From contig NC_068993.1 of NCBI RefSeq assembly GCF_001194135.2, forward strand, positions 52,841,744 to 52,905,743: a stretch of 64,000 nt of DNA, written 5' to 3'. Shown here in pieces: positions 27,650 through 39,515 of this stretch. Under the pieces are notes generated by a model that saw only the letters and a program-made list of their open reading frames with translations, was not told where the DNA came from and searched no databases. The first letter of the stretch is position 1; the number at the start of each line of letters is the position of its first letter. The DNA is from Octopus bimaculoides. Lineage: Eukaryota. The translations under genes were made by a program, and so were the position numbers.

Positions 27650-27960
27650 AATCTCAAAACACGGATACATGCAAGCATCCTAAAAGTGTACACTCTCGCC
27701 TACTTCTTCCTTTCTTAGCTCCTCCATACTGAACCGCATTCTCACCTGACCCCTAATCCGTCGTGCGTTTTCCCCTTCTCAACCACATTTCTTTTGTCAC
27801 ACTCCTTTCCTTTTCTTCTATGATTTCTTTCTGATGAAGGACTAATGTACAAAAGGTTAAGATTATTTTCATTCTTTTTCAAGCGTTAAGCTTATACATT
27901 AATTGTTAAAACCTGTCCGCCCCGGTAATGTCTTCTGTCTTTTGTTCATTATCTTCACTC
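27650..27960 (+). mobile_element. Penelope-like 3' end with decayed hammerhead motif
   Basis: Pyrimidine-rich UTR followed by CTGATGA-A-GGAC-TAAT-GTAC-AAAAGGTT (27831-27858), a mutated version of CUGAUGA-N-stemII-GAAACGU. Confidence 0.5.
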
Positions 27961-27975
27961 TATACATACATACGT

Positions 27976-28354
27976 GGAGGCGCAATGGCCCAGTGGTTAA
28001 GGCAGCGAACTCGCGGTCACAGGATCGCGGTTTCGATTCCCAGACCGGACGTTGTGAGTGTTTATTGAGCGAAAACACCTAAAGCTCCACGAGGCTCCGG
28101 CAGGGGATGGTGGCGAACCCTGCTGTACTCTTTCACCACAACTTTCTCTCACTCTTACTTCCTGTTTCTGTTGTACCTGTAATTCAAAGGGTCGGCCTTG
28201 TCACACTGTGTCACGCTGAATATCCCCGAGAACTACGTTAAGGGTACACATGTCTGTGGAGTGCTCAGCCACTTGCACATTAATTTCACGAGCAGGCTGT
28301 TCCATTGATCGGATTAACTGGAACCCTCGACGTCGTAAGCGACGGAATGCCAAC
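27976..28354 (+). mobile_element. tRNA-derived SINE (family D), full length, within a TACA repeat
   Basis: A box TGGCCCAGTGG, B box GTTTCGATTCC, 3' hairpin CGTCG-TAAG-CGACG, catacatac on both flanks. Tail pieces also at about 11215-11250 and 51600-51650 (minus). Confidence 0.85.
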
Positions 28355-28774
28355 ATACATACATACATACATACATACATGTATGCATGGTTTTCAACTA
28401 TTAAATTCCACTCATAAACTATTAATTTCTTTGGACAAGTTACTCAACGGTCAGACCGAAACCGGGACCATTTGATTCTCGAGTAAACTTCTTATCCACC
28501 TTTGCGATGCCTCGAGTTCATTTTTTTTATCCTACTTCTTAACTGTTATCTAATCTTTCTTCTTTACTCTGATGGCCTTCAGAAATTTCAGCAATTAGCT
28601 TTTATCCTTTCAGAAATTCTTGCACAGCGATGACTGACAATTAAGATTAATTTACTGTAATTTGGCATACGAAATACAAATCAAGCATTTCCTATTTAAA
28701 GTTAATCAAACGTTACACATCAAACTAAATATCATGTAGTTTATTTTCTATGCAAGCATGTGTGAGTGTGTGTG

Positions 28775-28870
<96 letters not shown>

Positions 28871-29031
28871 TGTGAAGATTGTGCGTCTGTGAATGAGAGA
28901 AGCGTACAGATACACACTCACGTAAACACATACGCAAAGCATATATTTAAGCGTGTAATTCTATGAGTGTACAGTGCATGTACATGTATATATATGCCGG
29001 AGTGTGTGTGTGTGTGAGTGTGTGTGTGTGT

Positions 29032-29069
<38 letters not shown>

Positions 29070-30212
29070 CGGTGATAAATAGACGGATCGACCGACAGGC
29101 AAATAAATAGATGGACAGAATACTGNNNNNNNNNNNNNNNNNNNNNNNNNNNNNNNNNNNNNNNNNNNNNNNNNNNNNNNNNNNNNNNNNNNNNNNNNNN
29201 NNNNNNNNNNNNNNNNNNNNNNNNNNNNNNNNNNNNNNNNNNNNNNNNNNNNNNNNNNNNNNNNNNNNNNNNNNNNNNNNNNNNNNNNNNNNNNNNNNNN
29301 NNNNNNNNNNNNNNNNNNNNNNNNNNNNNNNNNNNNNNNNNNNNNNNNNNNNNNNNNNNNNNNNNNNNNNNNNNNNNNNNNNNNNNNNNNNNNNNNNNNN
29401 NNNNNNNNNNNNNNNNNNNNNNNNNNNNNNNNNNNNNNNNNNNNNNNNNNNNNNNNNNNNNNNNNNNNNNNNNNNNNNNNNNNNNNNNNNNNNNNNNNNN
29501 NNNNNNNNNNNNNNNNNNNNNNNNNNNNNNNNNNNNNNNNNNNNNNNNNNNNNNNNNNNNNNNNNNNNNNNNNNNNNNNNNNNNNNNNNNNNNNNNNNNN
29601 NNNNNNNNNNNNNNNNNNNNNNNNNNNNNNNNNNNNNNNNNNNNNNNNNNNNNNNNNNNNNNNNNNNNNNNNNNNNNNNNNNNNNNNNNNNNNNNNNNNN
29701 NNNNNNNNNNNNNNNNNNNNNNNNNNNNNNNNNNNNNNNNNNNNNNNNNNNNNNNNNNNNNNNNNNNNNNNNNNNNNNNNNNNNNNNNNNNNNNNNNNNN
29801 NNNNNNNNNNNNNNNNNNNNNNNNNNNNATATATATAAAGAGAGAGAGAGAGAGAAATAAATAAATAAAGAGAGAGAGATACGTACATATGTACGTATAC
29901 ACGTTCACGCACACACTTGCATAAATACAGCAATTAAAAATCTAGTCTTCGCTCATTGTCCCATGAGAATCGCGGACAATTTAGCAGCTACTTAGCCACC
30001 AACAGAGAGACTACGCCAATTAGCATCATACCAAATTCTTCCTATATTTCTGACTTAGACCAACCCCAGCAGTTTACTGTAACGATTAAGATCTCTAACT
30101 ATGAGTGAAACAAGTAAAAGAGTTGAATAAAAGAATATATATGTGTGTGTGTGTGTGTGTTTATGTATGTGTGTATGTATGTATGCATGCATGTATATAT
30201 ATATATCTATAT

Positions 30213-30257
<45 letters not shown>

Positions 30258-30261
<4 letters not shown>

Positions 30262-30660
30262 TTAATAAATGGAGTAATACGCATATGTTAAATGAATTCT
30301 TTTATTTCCGATATATGTTTCGAAGATTACAAATGGTTTCTTCCAAAGGAAATAAGTGATATTGATAAAGATGTAATCTTCTCTTCAGGGAGATACATAA
30401 GAGCCAACTTAACCTTAAGACATTTTAACCGAATGTGATAACTGTAGGTAAAGAAGATTGCTACATATCTTATTTGAAAAAACCGTTGGAAGTTGCAACG
30501 CTACGAGACAAGGTTGGACAAGGAAGGAAGAAAAGAAAGAAAAGAAGAAAATTAGAATTTAGAATGGGAAGTCAATTAAATGATTTAAAACCCGATTAAA
30601 AATGGGAGAAGAGTGTTTTATGTATAATGGGACCACCTTGTATTTATACATGCAGTGTCG
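30258..30660 (-). mobile_element. Penelope-like element 3' end (GIY-YIG C-terminus, 3'UTR, hammerhead, (TA)n)
   Basis: KYKVVPLYIKHSSPIFNR resembles the PLE endonuclease C-terminal L-Y-I-x4-P-x-(L/F)-N motif. It is followed by a T-rich UTR, the hammerhead at 30303-30395 and a (TA)n run. Confidence 0.6.
30303..30395 (-). ncRNA. Type I hammerhead ribozyme fold (canonical core, 40-nt loop II)
   Basis: Minus strand: UAUCUCC-CUGAAGA-GAAGAUUACA-[40 nt]-UGUAAUCUUC-GAAA-CAUAU-AUC|GGAAAUA. Stem II is a perfect 10 bp, stem I pairs 6/7, and stem III ACAUAUAU is one base from the palindrome ACAUAUGU. Confidence 0.75.
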
Positions 30661-30709
30661 ACATANNNNNNNNNNAAAAGCCGTCAGATTCACTTCAACA
30701 TTTAAATTT

Positions 30710-30765
30710 AATTTGTCAAAATATTTTCGTCGCTTTGAGACCGCGACCTGTTCACTGACAAAATT
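30710..30765 (-). ncRNA. Type I minimal hammerhead ribozyme fold with G3-C8 swapped core
   Basis: Minus strand: AAUUUUGUCA-GUGAACA-G-GUCGC-GGUCUCAAA-GCGAC-GAAA-AUAUU-U|UGACAAAUU. 7-bp stem I, 5-bp stem II, palindromic stem III AAUAUU. Confidence 0.7.
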
Positions 30766-31437
30766 CTGTGCTGCATCTGAGAAAGTAACAGTTAGTTCAT
30801 GATATATATGTACGTATGTATGTATGTATGTATGTATGTATGTATGTATGTATGTATGTATGTGCGTGTACATGTGTGCGCGTATGCATCTGTGTACATG
30901 CGTATGCATGTGTGCAAGCCTATACGCATGTATGTACTTCTATTATTGGCCTCTATTTATTGAACCGCTGGGATACAGAGATAAATGGATACCGAATTCA
31001 AAACGATCTCGGGAAACCGGTGTGAACATAAACAGAGACAGGGATAAAACACACACACACACACACATACACACACACATACATACACACACATACATAC
31101 ACACGCACATGTTTGTGCATGTATATAGATACATACATACATACATACATACATACATGCATACATACACATTTAGTAGTTGATGATAAAGATAGAAGAA
31201 ATGGTTAAGATTTCGATTTTAAACTTTAAATGTAATTAAATTAGACAGTTTATAAACAAGAATCCAGATGGGAAAAAATATGTACAGAATCACCCGTGGG
31301 CGGTTCTGTGCACATTTTTCTAACTCAGGTTCTTGTTTATAAAGTGTCTTAAATAATTAAATTTAATGTGCGTGTTTGTGCGCGCATGCGCGCTTTTATA
31401 CTTATGTACAGAGAGAGAGAGAGCGAGAAAGAAAGGG

Positions 31438-31485
<48 letters not shown>

Positions 31486-32204
31486 CAGATAGATAGATAG
31501 AAAGACAGATAGACAGATGGGATCATCTGAAGAATCCATCTTCCATTAACCATTGCCAGGGTGACGTATTTTTGATGTGGGGATAGATATTCTGGAATGA
31601 TGAATCATCAAGAGGCAATACCTGGGATGTTAGTTCTTTATGGTAGGGTCAGGAGGAGGTCAAAACACTGACACTTTTCATTCACACGTCATCACCACTG
31701 CCGCCACCACCCATCACCAACACGAACACCAACAACAACACCCAGTTCAGCAGCATCACTACCTCCTTCGTTCCCGCCCACCAATCTCGAAGGTTCTAAC
31801 GAGGGGTCATGAGCGATACCCTTCTTTTCCCTTCTGCTTGAGCCATTAAAAACAACGAATTCCTCCTAACAGCCTTTACAATTTCTCTTCCTCCTATTAA
31901 TAATATCAATTAGAAAAAAAAAAAAATAACATTAATTTCTGACTGTTAAGTAAATGACAAGATAGCAAAAAATATTTGAGTAAAACACCAAGTAATACTA
32001 ACAACAAAATCGAAATAAGGAAATAGACTGTCAAGAGATAGAGATAGCATATTACACAAATATACAATCTGGTGTTTATACGATCAAATAACTTGAGCTA
32101 CGCTTAAAAAATAAACAACCAAGGTGTTTTTATTTATTTATTCATTTATTTATTACATACTGTGAAGTGCTATATACATATTCATTCATGCATACATACA
32201 TACA

Positions 32205-32238
<34 letters not shown>

Positions 32239-32241
32239 CAT

Positions 32242-32274
<33 letters not shown>

Positions 32275-32329
32275 TACATACATAAATATATATACATATA
32301 TATAGATAGATAGATAGATAGATAGATAT

Positions 32330-32414
<85 letters not shown>

Positions 32415-32758
32415 AATATACATATATATATATATATATACCGAAAAGAGCAATCATGCAAAATGGAATTTTGAAAAAAAGGGTATACATAAAATATAGA
32501 GTAACTGATATACTAAACAAATAGGAGATATACAAATTTAAAGAGATACACAGAAACAGATATTCAGAAATAATTGGGGTAGACAAAAATAAATGGCTTA
32601 TACAATAAATAAATAAATAAAGAGCTGTGCAAAAACGAATATATATGATATATACAAAAATTCAAATGCTCATCTAATTAAAGATAATTTTAATGTTAGT
32701 TCAGTGATTGCTACACACACACACACATACACATGTATGCATATATACACGCACATAA

Positions 32759-32794
<36 letters not shown>

Positions 32795-32976
32795 NNNNNN
32801 NNNNNNNNNNNNNNNNNNNNAGGGTCGTCATGGGAGATATCCTGTTGAGTCGATGACTTCTCAGGAATTTCACGAAATTCTTTCCAAATAAACATGTTAA
32901 ATTTAGTCAATAAACTGTTTACTCTTGCCATCTATAACTTTCTGTCTGTCTGTCAGTCTATTTATCTATCTATCTA

Positions 32977-33033
<57 letters not shown>

Positions 33034-33228
33034 ATATCAGATTCTCCCCTTCTCCCTCTCTCTCTCTTTCTCTCCCTCTCTCTCTCCTGCATTCACTATG
33101 TAGTAAGAAGTTTGCTCCCCAACCATATGGTTTGGGGTTCAATCCCTCTGCGTGGCTCCATGGGTAAGCTCCTGATCGCCCAAAACCTTGTGAGTAGATT
33201 TGGTAGCCGCAAAGTGAAAGGAGCACAT

Positions 33229-33960
33229 ATATTAGATTGGAAAGTCTTGTTGCATTTCAAAATGAGAAAGAAACAAATGCTTCTTTGATTTTAATTGATA
33301 TATTCAAATGAGATAATATTTCCCCTCATTACTGATAGCATAAACCTATCTATCTGGCAAATTGTTGATCTCTCGGAACCGTAAAATTCTTCACGTTTTG
33401 AAGTAAAGAAACACTCAATTACAGTTTACACCTCTTCACAATTAGTAAAGTGTTTTCCCACTAAATAATCTTGCAATGATCTGAAAAGATGATAGTCAGA
33501 TGGAACGAGGAACATATTCAGTGTCATAATCTTTTTCTGAGTGGCGTGAGGAACATGCAGTCTTTCGTTATCGTGTATGAGCAACTCTCTTTATGATTAA
33601 CCAATGGTAAGCGCTTCTGCAAATTTTTGTACAATGCTTCCAATTGACGACAATACTTCTCTGCATTCGTTTTGTTTTAAATTCAGCGCTTCATGATACA
33701 AGATCCCCTTCATGTCCAACCAAACACAGCATAACTTTATTCAGGTGTAGTCCTGGTTTGGGAATGAATTCTCCTTTTACATTGGGTGTTAACTATTGTC
33801 ATTTTTGTTAGATACGATTATAGAGGACCCATTGTTCTTCATTTGTGGTTATTCTACTCCAGAAAGGTTGGATTGCAACTTATTGAGAAAGCTGGGAAGC
33901 AGTCAGAGGATTTAGACATTTTTTCCTAGTTCATGAAAGTGTTCTTTGATCAAAGAGTGA
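33229..33960 (-). pseudogene. Mariner (Mos1/SETMAR-like) transposase relic
   Basis: Degenerate minus translation includes HDNER..CSSRH, SDYHLFRSLQDYLVGKHFTNCEEV and KHCTKICRS. Many stops and frameshifts. Confidence 0.7.
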
Positions 33961-34049
33961 CTTGAATAGAACTGTTTTGCTAATTCTCGCGCAGTTTACT
34001 TTGGAGTTTCCCTAACTAGAGTTTTCAGAAGGTCAAATATTGACAGAAC

Positions 34050-34230
34050 AAAAACAATATAAAGAGTAATAGAATACAGAGTTTATATTTAGTGTAGTAT
34101 CTAAGAAGTTAACCACCTTAGTGTTGTATTCAAAAGTGAGCCCTAGGTTAAAAATTTTGAAGAATTTTCTGATTTTCTTCCGCATTCTTTCAACTACGGT
34201 TTTACTATTACTGGAATGGTACTTCATAAG
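34050..34230 (-). pseudogene. Penelope-like reverse transcriptase fragment
   Basis: VERMRKKIRKFFKIFNLGLTFEYNTKVVNFLDTTLNIN matches the segment following YxDD in PLE RTs (V-N-F-L-D-x-T-L-N). Confidence 0.7.
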
Positions 34231-34466
34231 TGAGTGTACACTATTCTTTAAACGTCCACAAACAGACTCTCATAGTAAACGCCTAAGTAAATTGAATGAT
34301 CTAAAGCAGAAACACATTTCCACAACGTTCATGTAATCTCCAAACAATAAATCTATCTTTTTCTTTAATAGGATGTAAGTTGTGGAAAATCCTTCAGCCT
34401 GGTGATTATCGCCCCTTATCATATAGAGCCGGTCTTAGTTGCCATTTGGTAATTGCCACACATCAA

Positions 34467-35236
34467 CTAGAGAGCCACGTTCAAAGTATTATTATTTATA
34501 TAATTTACTCACCCTGTATGTCTGTATTTTTATAAGAGAAAAATATGTTATAATTGACGTAGAGAAAAGAGCAATTTCATACATGAAATTCTGTTTGTGT
34601 ACTATATAACAATTAATGGCAATTATATAATACATACATAAAACTGCTTACAATAATAGAGATTATTGTATAATTTCTATGTTCATATTTCTTCTATGTT
34701 CATATTTCTTCTATGTTCATATTTCTTCTATGTTCATATTTCTTCTATGTTCATATTTCTTGTTTTACAATATTGAAAAAATATGTCTGCAAAGAAAAGA
34801 TGTACTCTCTCTAGAAACTGGTATAACTGGTAAGCAAGGAACGAAGACGGTGACACTTCTACCACAACCAGTGAGAATATTTGCCTCAATGCAGTTCCTC
34901 GTAGGCTTGTGCACAATTAGTGTTGTACCATTGCATAATTTTCGTTGAGACAAATTAAGCAATAGCATAACAGGAGATATAGAAAAAGCATAATAGCTTC
35001 CCTTGAACCAGTTACTTTTGTTTTGGTGGACAAACAAGCGAACAAACACATAAACGGACAGAATGTCTCTTTTGTATATATAGATAAGATATAAGATAAG
35101 ATAAGAAGAAAAAGCATAAAAGTTTCCCTTGAACCGTATACTTTCATTTTGGAGGACAAACAAACGAACAAACACACAAACGAACAGAATGTCTCTTTTA
35201 TATGCAGAGATGATCTCTCTTTTATATATATATAGA
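34467..35236 (-). mobile_element. Helitron, internally deleted
   Basis: 5' TCTATATAT starts at 35236 and 35084 (duplicated 5' segment). Pif1-like helicase piece PVMLLLNLSQRKLCNGTTLIVHKPTRNCIEANILTGCGRSVTVFVPCLPVIP. Candidate 3' CTAG|T at 34467-34470. Confidence 0.8.
34675..34759. repeat. 17-bp minisatellite (ttctatgttcatatttc) x5 within the Helitron
   Basis: Five perfect tandem copies. Confidence 0.95.
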
Positions 35237-35409
35237 AGATAAGATAAGAAGAAAAGCACATATTTTACAGTTAATTTGATTTCAGTAGGTTCCGTTAAAC
35301 CTTGTGGTGTGCGACCAGTTGCTGTGATAAAAAAATTTCCACAAATGGTTTTAATGCAGTTTTGACAGAAAGATTTGGAAGAGTTGGATGAGGATTCTCC
35401 GGTGATTTT

Positions 35410-35840
35410 CTTTCATGTAAATAAATTCTATTCTTTTATTCTTTTACTTGTTTCAATCGTTTGACTGCAGCCATGCTGGAGCACCGCCTTTAGTCGAACA
35501 AATCGACCCCAGAGCTTATTTTTTGTAAGCCTAGTACTTATTCTATCTGTTTCTTTTGCCGAACCGCTAAGTTACAGGGACATAAACACACTAATATCAA
35601 GCGATGGTGGTTGTCAAGCGATGGTGGGAGGACAAACACAGATACATACATACATACATACACACATACACACACACATGTATACGATGGGCTTCTTTTA
35701 GTTTACCAAATTCACTTACAAGGCTTTAGTCGACCCGAGGTTATAGTAGAAGACACTTGCCTAAGGTGCCACGCAGTAGGACTGAACCCGGAACCATGTG
35801 ATTGGGAACCAATTTTCTTACCACACAACCACTCCTGCAC
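35410..35840 (-). mobile_element. tRNA-derived SINE (family C), near full length
   Basis: Minus head gtggttgtgtggtaagaaa...ggttccgggttcagtcc (A/B boxes) followed by ccttaggcaagtgtctt (CORE-like). Other copies at about 5520-5800, 17610-17800, 48805-49105, 52215-52597, 62220-62460 and 62730-63170. Confidence 0.85.
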
Positions 35841-38067
35841 CTGTTTATGGTAATTTAAAAATTTGCCAGCAAAATCTTATAAAATGACAATGTTCCAAAA
35901 GATGTACATGTTCACACTTTATATATGAAAATAAAATGTCATTTGATAATCAAGTTACTGGTGTTGTGTATTATCGTTTTATTTTATTCGTTGATATATA
36001 ACCATGGATTATGAACATTTTTAGTCAACATTGTCTGTTTTAAACATATGCAAATCAGTCTATTCAATTTGTTTCAACCGTTAGTAGTGATTGGCCTACA
36101 AGCAAAGTGTTCGACAACAGTTTCAGTGGGTAGAGAATCGCTAATGAAATCCGAGACGCCAGTACGCAACTGGTACCTAATTTATCGGCCCCGAAAGGAA
36201 GAAAGGCAAAGTATTTGAACTCAGAACATAAAGACAGACGAAACACCGCTAAGATTTCGCCCGGTGTGCTAACGTTTCTGTCAGCTCGCCGCCTTAAGAT
36301 GTTTATATATTATAATGGGTTATGTATAGGATTGGTGTAAGTGTTTGTAAACTGTATATATAAGTTAATGGATAAATAATTGAAAAAGAGGTAGGAATAA
36401 ATTTATGCTTTTTCTTCCTGCTTTTTTTTTTCAAAGTATTTAATCCATATGGCTTTTTTGAAAATGTAAATATTAAATCTGCTTTCTAGGTGTATAGTTA
36501 ATTTTATTTTGTTCTAATTTTTGTTTGTTTCGTTTTTATCTGGTTTAGTTTTACATGTTCGAAAAAAAAAAAAGAACGAGAAACTTCCAAATAAAAATAA
36601 CTTATATTACATGTGCTATACCCGCTTTTTTCTTTCTTTTTTCTTTGCACTGGTGTTTTACCTAAATGTTAATTACCTGGCTTCCTTCTTTCCTATTAGT
36701 TTCTCTTTGCCATTTGGGATTATCAATAGTCTAGGAGGAATTAATTGAGACGCTTATATAAAGCTTGTAAATATTTTTTAAGCAAGCAACAGGCCAATCG
36801 TTTCCTGCCAAGTGAGTGTTTATACATTCTTGGCTGCAAAATTTGTGCTTGCTGCTATGTATGTCAAGCCAATCTGTGTGTCAATTTGACCAGCCATACT
36901 TTTAAATATGGCCGTCATTGACTCTCTGTAGAACGCCAACATCTTGTATCAGTACCTAAGCATTAAGTCTCTAGACACTTTCTCCACTTGTAACTTGAAT
37001 GAAAAATTCAGAATTTATGGTGAAAGCTTTGCTGTTGCTGTTCATACAGAATTGCTTCCTTATTTATCATGATATATTAAAGGTTGAAATCCTTCTTTTC
37101 ATTCCATATTCTTGTCCAAAAATGATTTAAGAACTTCAGAATGAGTTCTTTTTCTCTGCTATACAGCATGTGTGGTGGCAGTAAAATTGTGGTGAATGGC
37201 AGCTCGTTAAAGCAGATTTTTTCTCTTTTTTTATATGTCAACAGATGTGCAGCTTCTTTCTTGTAGACTTCACCGCCAAGATTTGAGTTCACGTCATCAG
37301 GCGCATATTTCGGCAATTGACGTTACATGCAATCAATCGTGTTTATCCTGGTTGTGACGTGTTTATGCTGTCCTTGTGTTTATTTCAGTTTTGTGTTGTG
37401 ATATGAGAATTACATCCATAATTAGTTGTCTATTTTGTAAGGAATAAATAGTACGGGTTTATTATTCATTATTATTTTCCCATTTAGCTTTGTGTTGTGT
37501 AGTTACAATTGTTCGTTGTTGTAAATGTATGGCGAGCCTACGAGAGAGTGTTGTGTTCGTTTAGCTATTGTGACGTTTATAATCTTTACTTTTACAAACT
37601 ACAAATAAGAACGTAATTTATAAATTCATGTGTGAGAGTGGAAGTTGTAAACTTCACGATTCTAGCTGTTACATTTGACCACAATAACTCAATATAATAT
37701 TGCTGTATCACTTCAGTGTCGTACATCTGCTGAGGAACAGTAACTCTAATGGTACATCACTTCAATGATGGTTCATTGTTGGGGAGGAGTAACTACCGTA
37801 CAAACCTGTAATAACTATGCTGTGCAACTTTACTGACTGATGTTTGTTGTAAAGGAGTATCTTATATCTTTAACTTGTTTCAGTTATTGAACTGCGGTCA
37901 TGCTGGGGCACCTCCTTAAAGGGTATAGCTGAACAAATCGACTCCAGTACTAGTATTTATTCTAACAGCGTCTTCTGCCGAAAAGTTACGAGAACGTAAG
38001 CAAATCAACAGAAGTTGTCAAGCAGTGGAGGGGGACAAACACAAAGACGCGCGCGCGCGCGAATATA

Positions 38068-39473
38068 GGTAATTTTGTCACTGGTAACTTCTGGTGTTTT
38101 CCTTCCCGTAATTGCATCATAATAAGTATATTTTATACTTGGGACATACGACACACACAGAGTAGTCATCACATCGAAGTAGTCAAGACAACAAGTAGTG
38201 CAATATCATATTTAGTGCAATGGCATATTTGTATTCGCAAAATATTTTATTTGCAAAATGTATTTAATAAATACTAAATCATTATAGTGTTGATATATCT
38301 CACGACCTCAATAACCAAAAAGGAAAAAAACGGTAAACAACATATTTTGTAGTTTTAAGCATTCAATGTGCATTTAATGCGATAAGCAACACATTACAAA
38401 TTCAATATTGTTCGGAAATAGCTAACTTATTGCACAGCAGTTCATTGAAGACGAAAGTCCAAAATACATTCGAGTAATTTTCCGAACAAATCACAATTTT
38501 CATATTTCCTGCGTCACATAAATTCACAGAGACATGAATCTGTCCTTTGCGGGAGCATCGCCAATACATGTTTCCACCACGATACTTTTCACTCATAAAA
38601 TACTTTTTGCTTCTGCATAATTTTCTTTTAGGGATAACACCCTTCTCTTGTAAATAATAAACATCATCCTTCTTTGTTCTAAGTGTCTCCATCATGGATG
38701 CAAGGTTACAGGAGCTTACTGCCAAAGTCAAACAGATCGATAAAATATCCAAATAGAAAACAGGTCGGTAAAATATCCAAATACAAAACAGATCGGCAAA
38801 ATATCCAGCTACAAAATAGATCGGTGAAATATCCAAATAGATGGGTAAAAATTTCCAAAAATATGGGCACAAACATCAGAACACAGTTTCAAAACGTGGT
38901 TTCGTGTAAAATAAATATATTGGTCAGCACACGTGCGTAAAATATTGTTCTGCATAATATTGTGACCAAGCAAGTAATATCAAGAATAGATTTTGAATTT
39001 TGTGGAAACTATTCCATTAGCTCCATATTATCTAGAACAGAGGTTCTCAAACTTTTTGGGCCACCACCTCCCTCATGGCCACATAATACGCTCAGTGCCC
39101 CCACCCTTATTTTTATATATAAATAAATATTTTATATTTTATTAATTTATATATACCATGAATCATTTGATATTTAATATTATATTATATAATTTGTATA
39201 CAATACTGTAATAATATTATAAATTCATAACATCCCCCAATCCACTGCCTTCCTCCCAATACCTGTTTATTGCCCCACCCTTCCCCCTTAGACACCAGCA
39301 TCCACCTGAACTCTCTCGGTGCCCACCGGCCCACCAGGGGGACCGTAGCACCCTCTTTGAGAACCTATGATCTAGAACAATATGAAATTGTGTGATGATC
39401 AGCTCGTTGCTTGAGATAACCGATAAAAACCCAAATGAAATTAGCTTGAATGGACATTAGTGGCGAAATTACC
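38068..39473 (-). mobile_element. Merlin-like DNA transposon remnant interrupting a family-C SINE
   Basis: TIR-like GGTAATTTTGTCACT (38068) and AGTGGCGAAATTACC (ends 39473) match 13/15. Transposase N-terminus METLRTKKDDVYYLQEKGVIPKRKLC...MYWRCSRKG. ~28-bp subterminal repeats at 38730-38850. SINE halves lie at 37860-38050 and 39480-39630. TSD not recognisable. Confidence 0.65.
39038..39369. mobile_element. hAT-Charlie MITE with perfect 8-bp TSD
   Basis: TIRs CAGAGGTTCTCAAA and TTTGAGAACCTATG match 13/14. TSD ATCTAGAA at 39030-39037 and 39370-39377 fits the NTCTAGAN preference of Charlie-type hATs. Confidence 0.92.
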
Positions 39474-39484
39474 GAGCACCCCCG

Positions 39485-39515
<31 letters not shown>

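Noticed and set aside
38730-38850. 28-bp repeats, and other short arrays, considered as CRISPR-like
   Set aside because: Head-to-tail with no unique spacers, no cas genes, and a eukaryotic context. They are transposon subterminal repeats.
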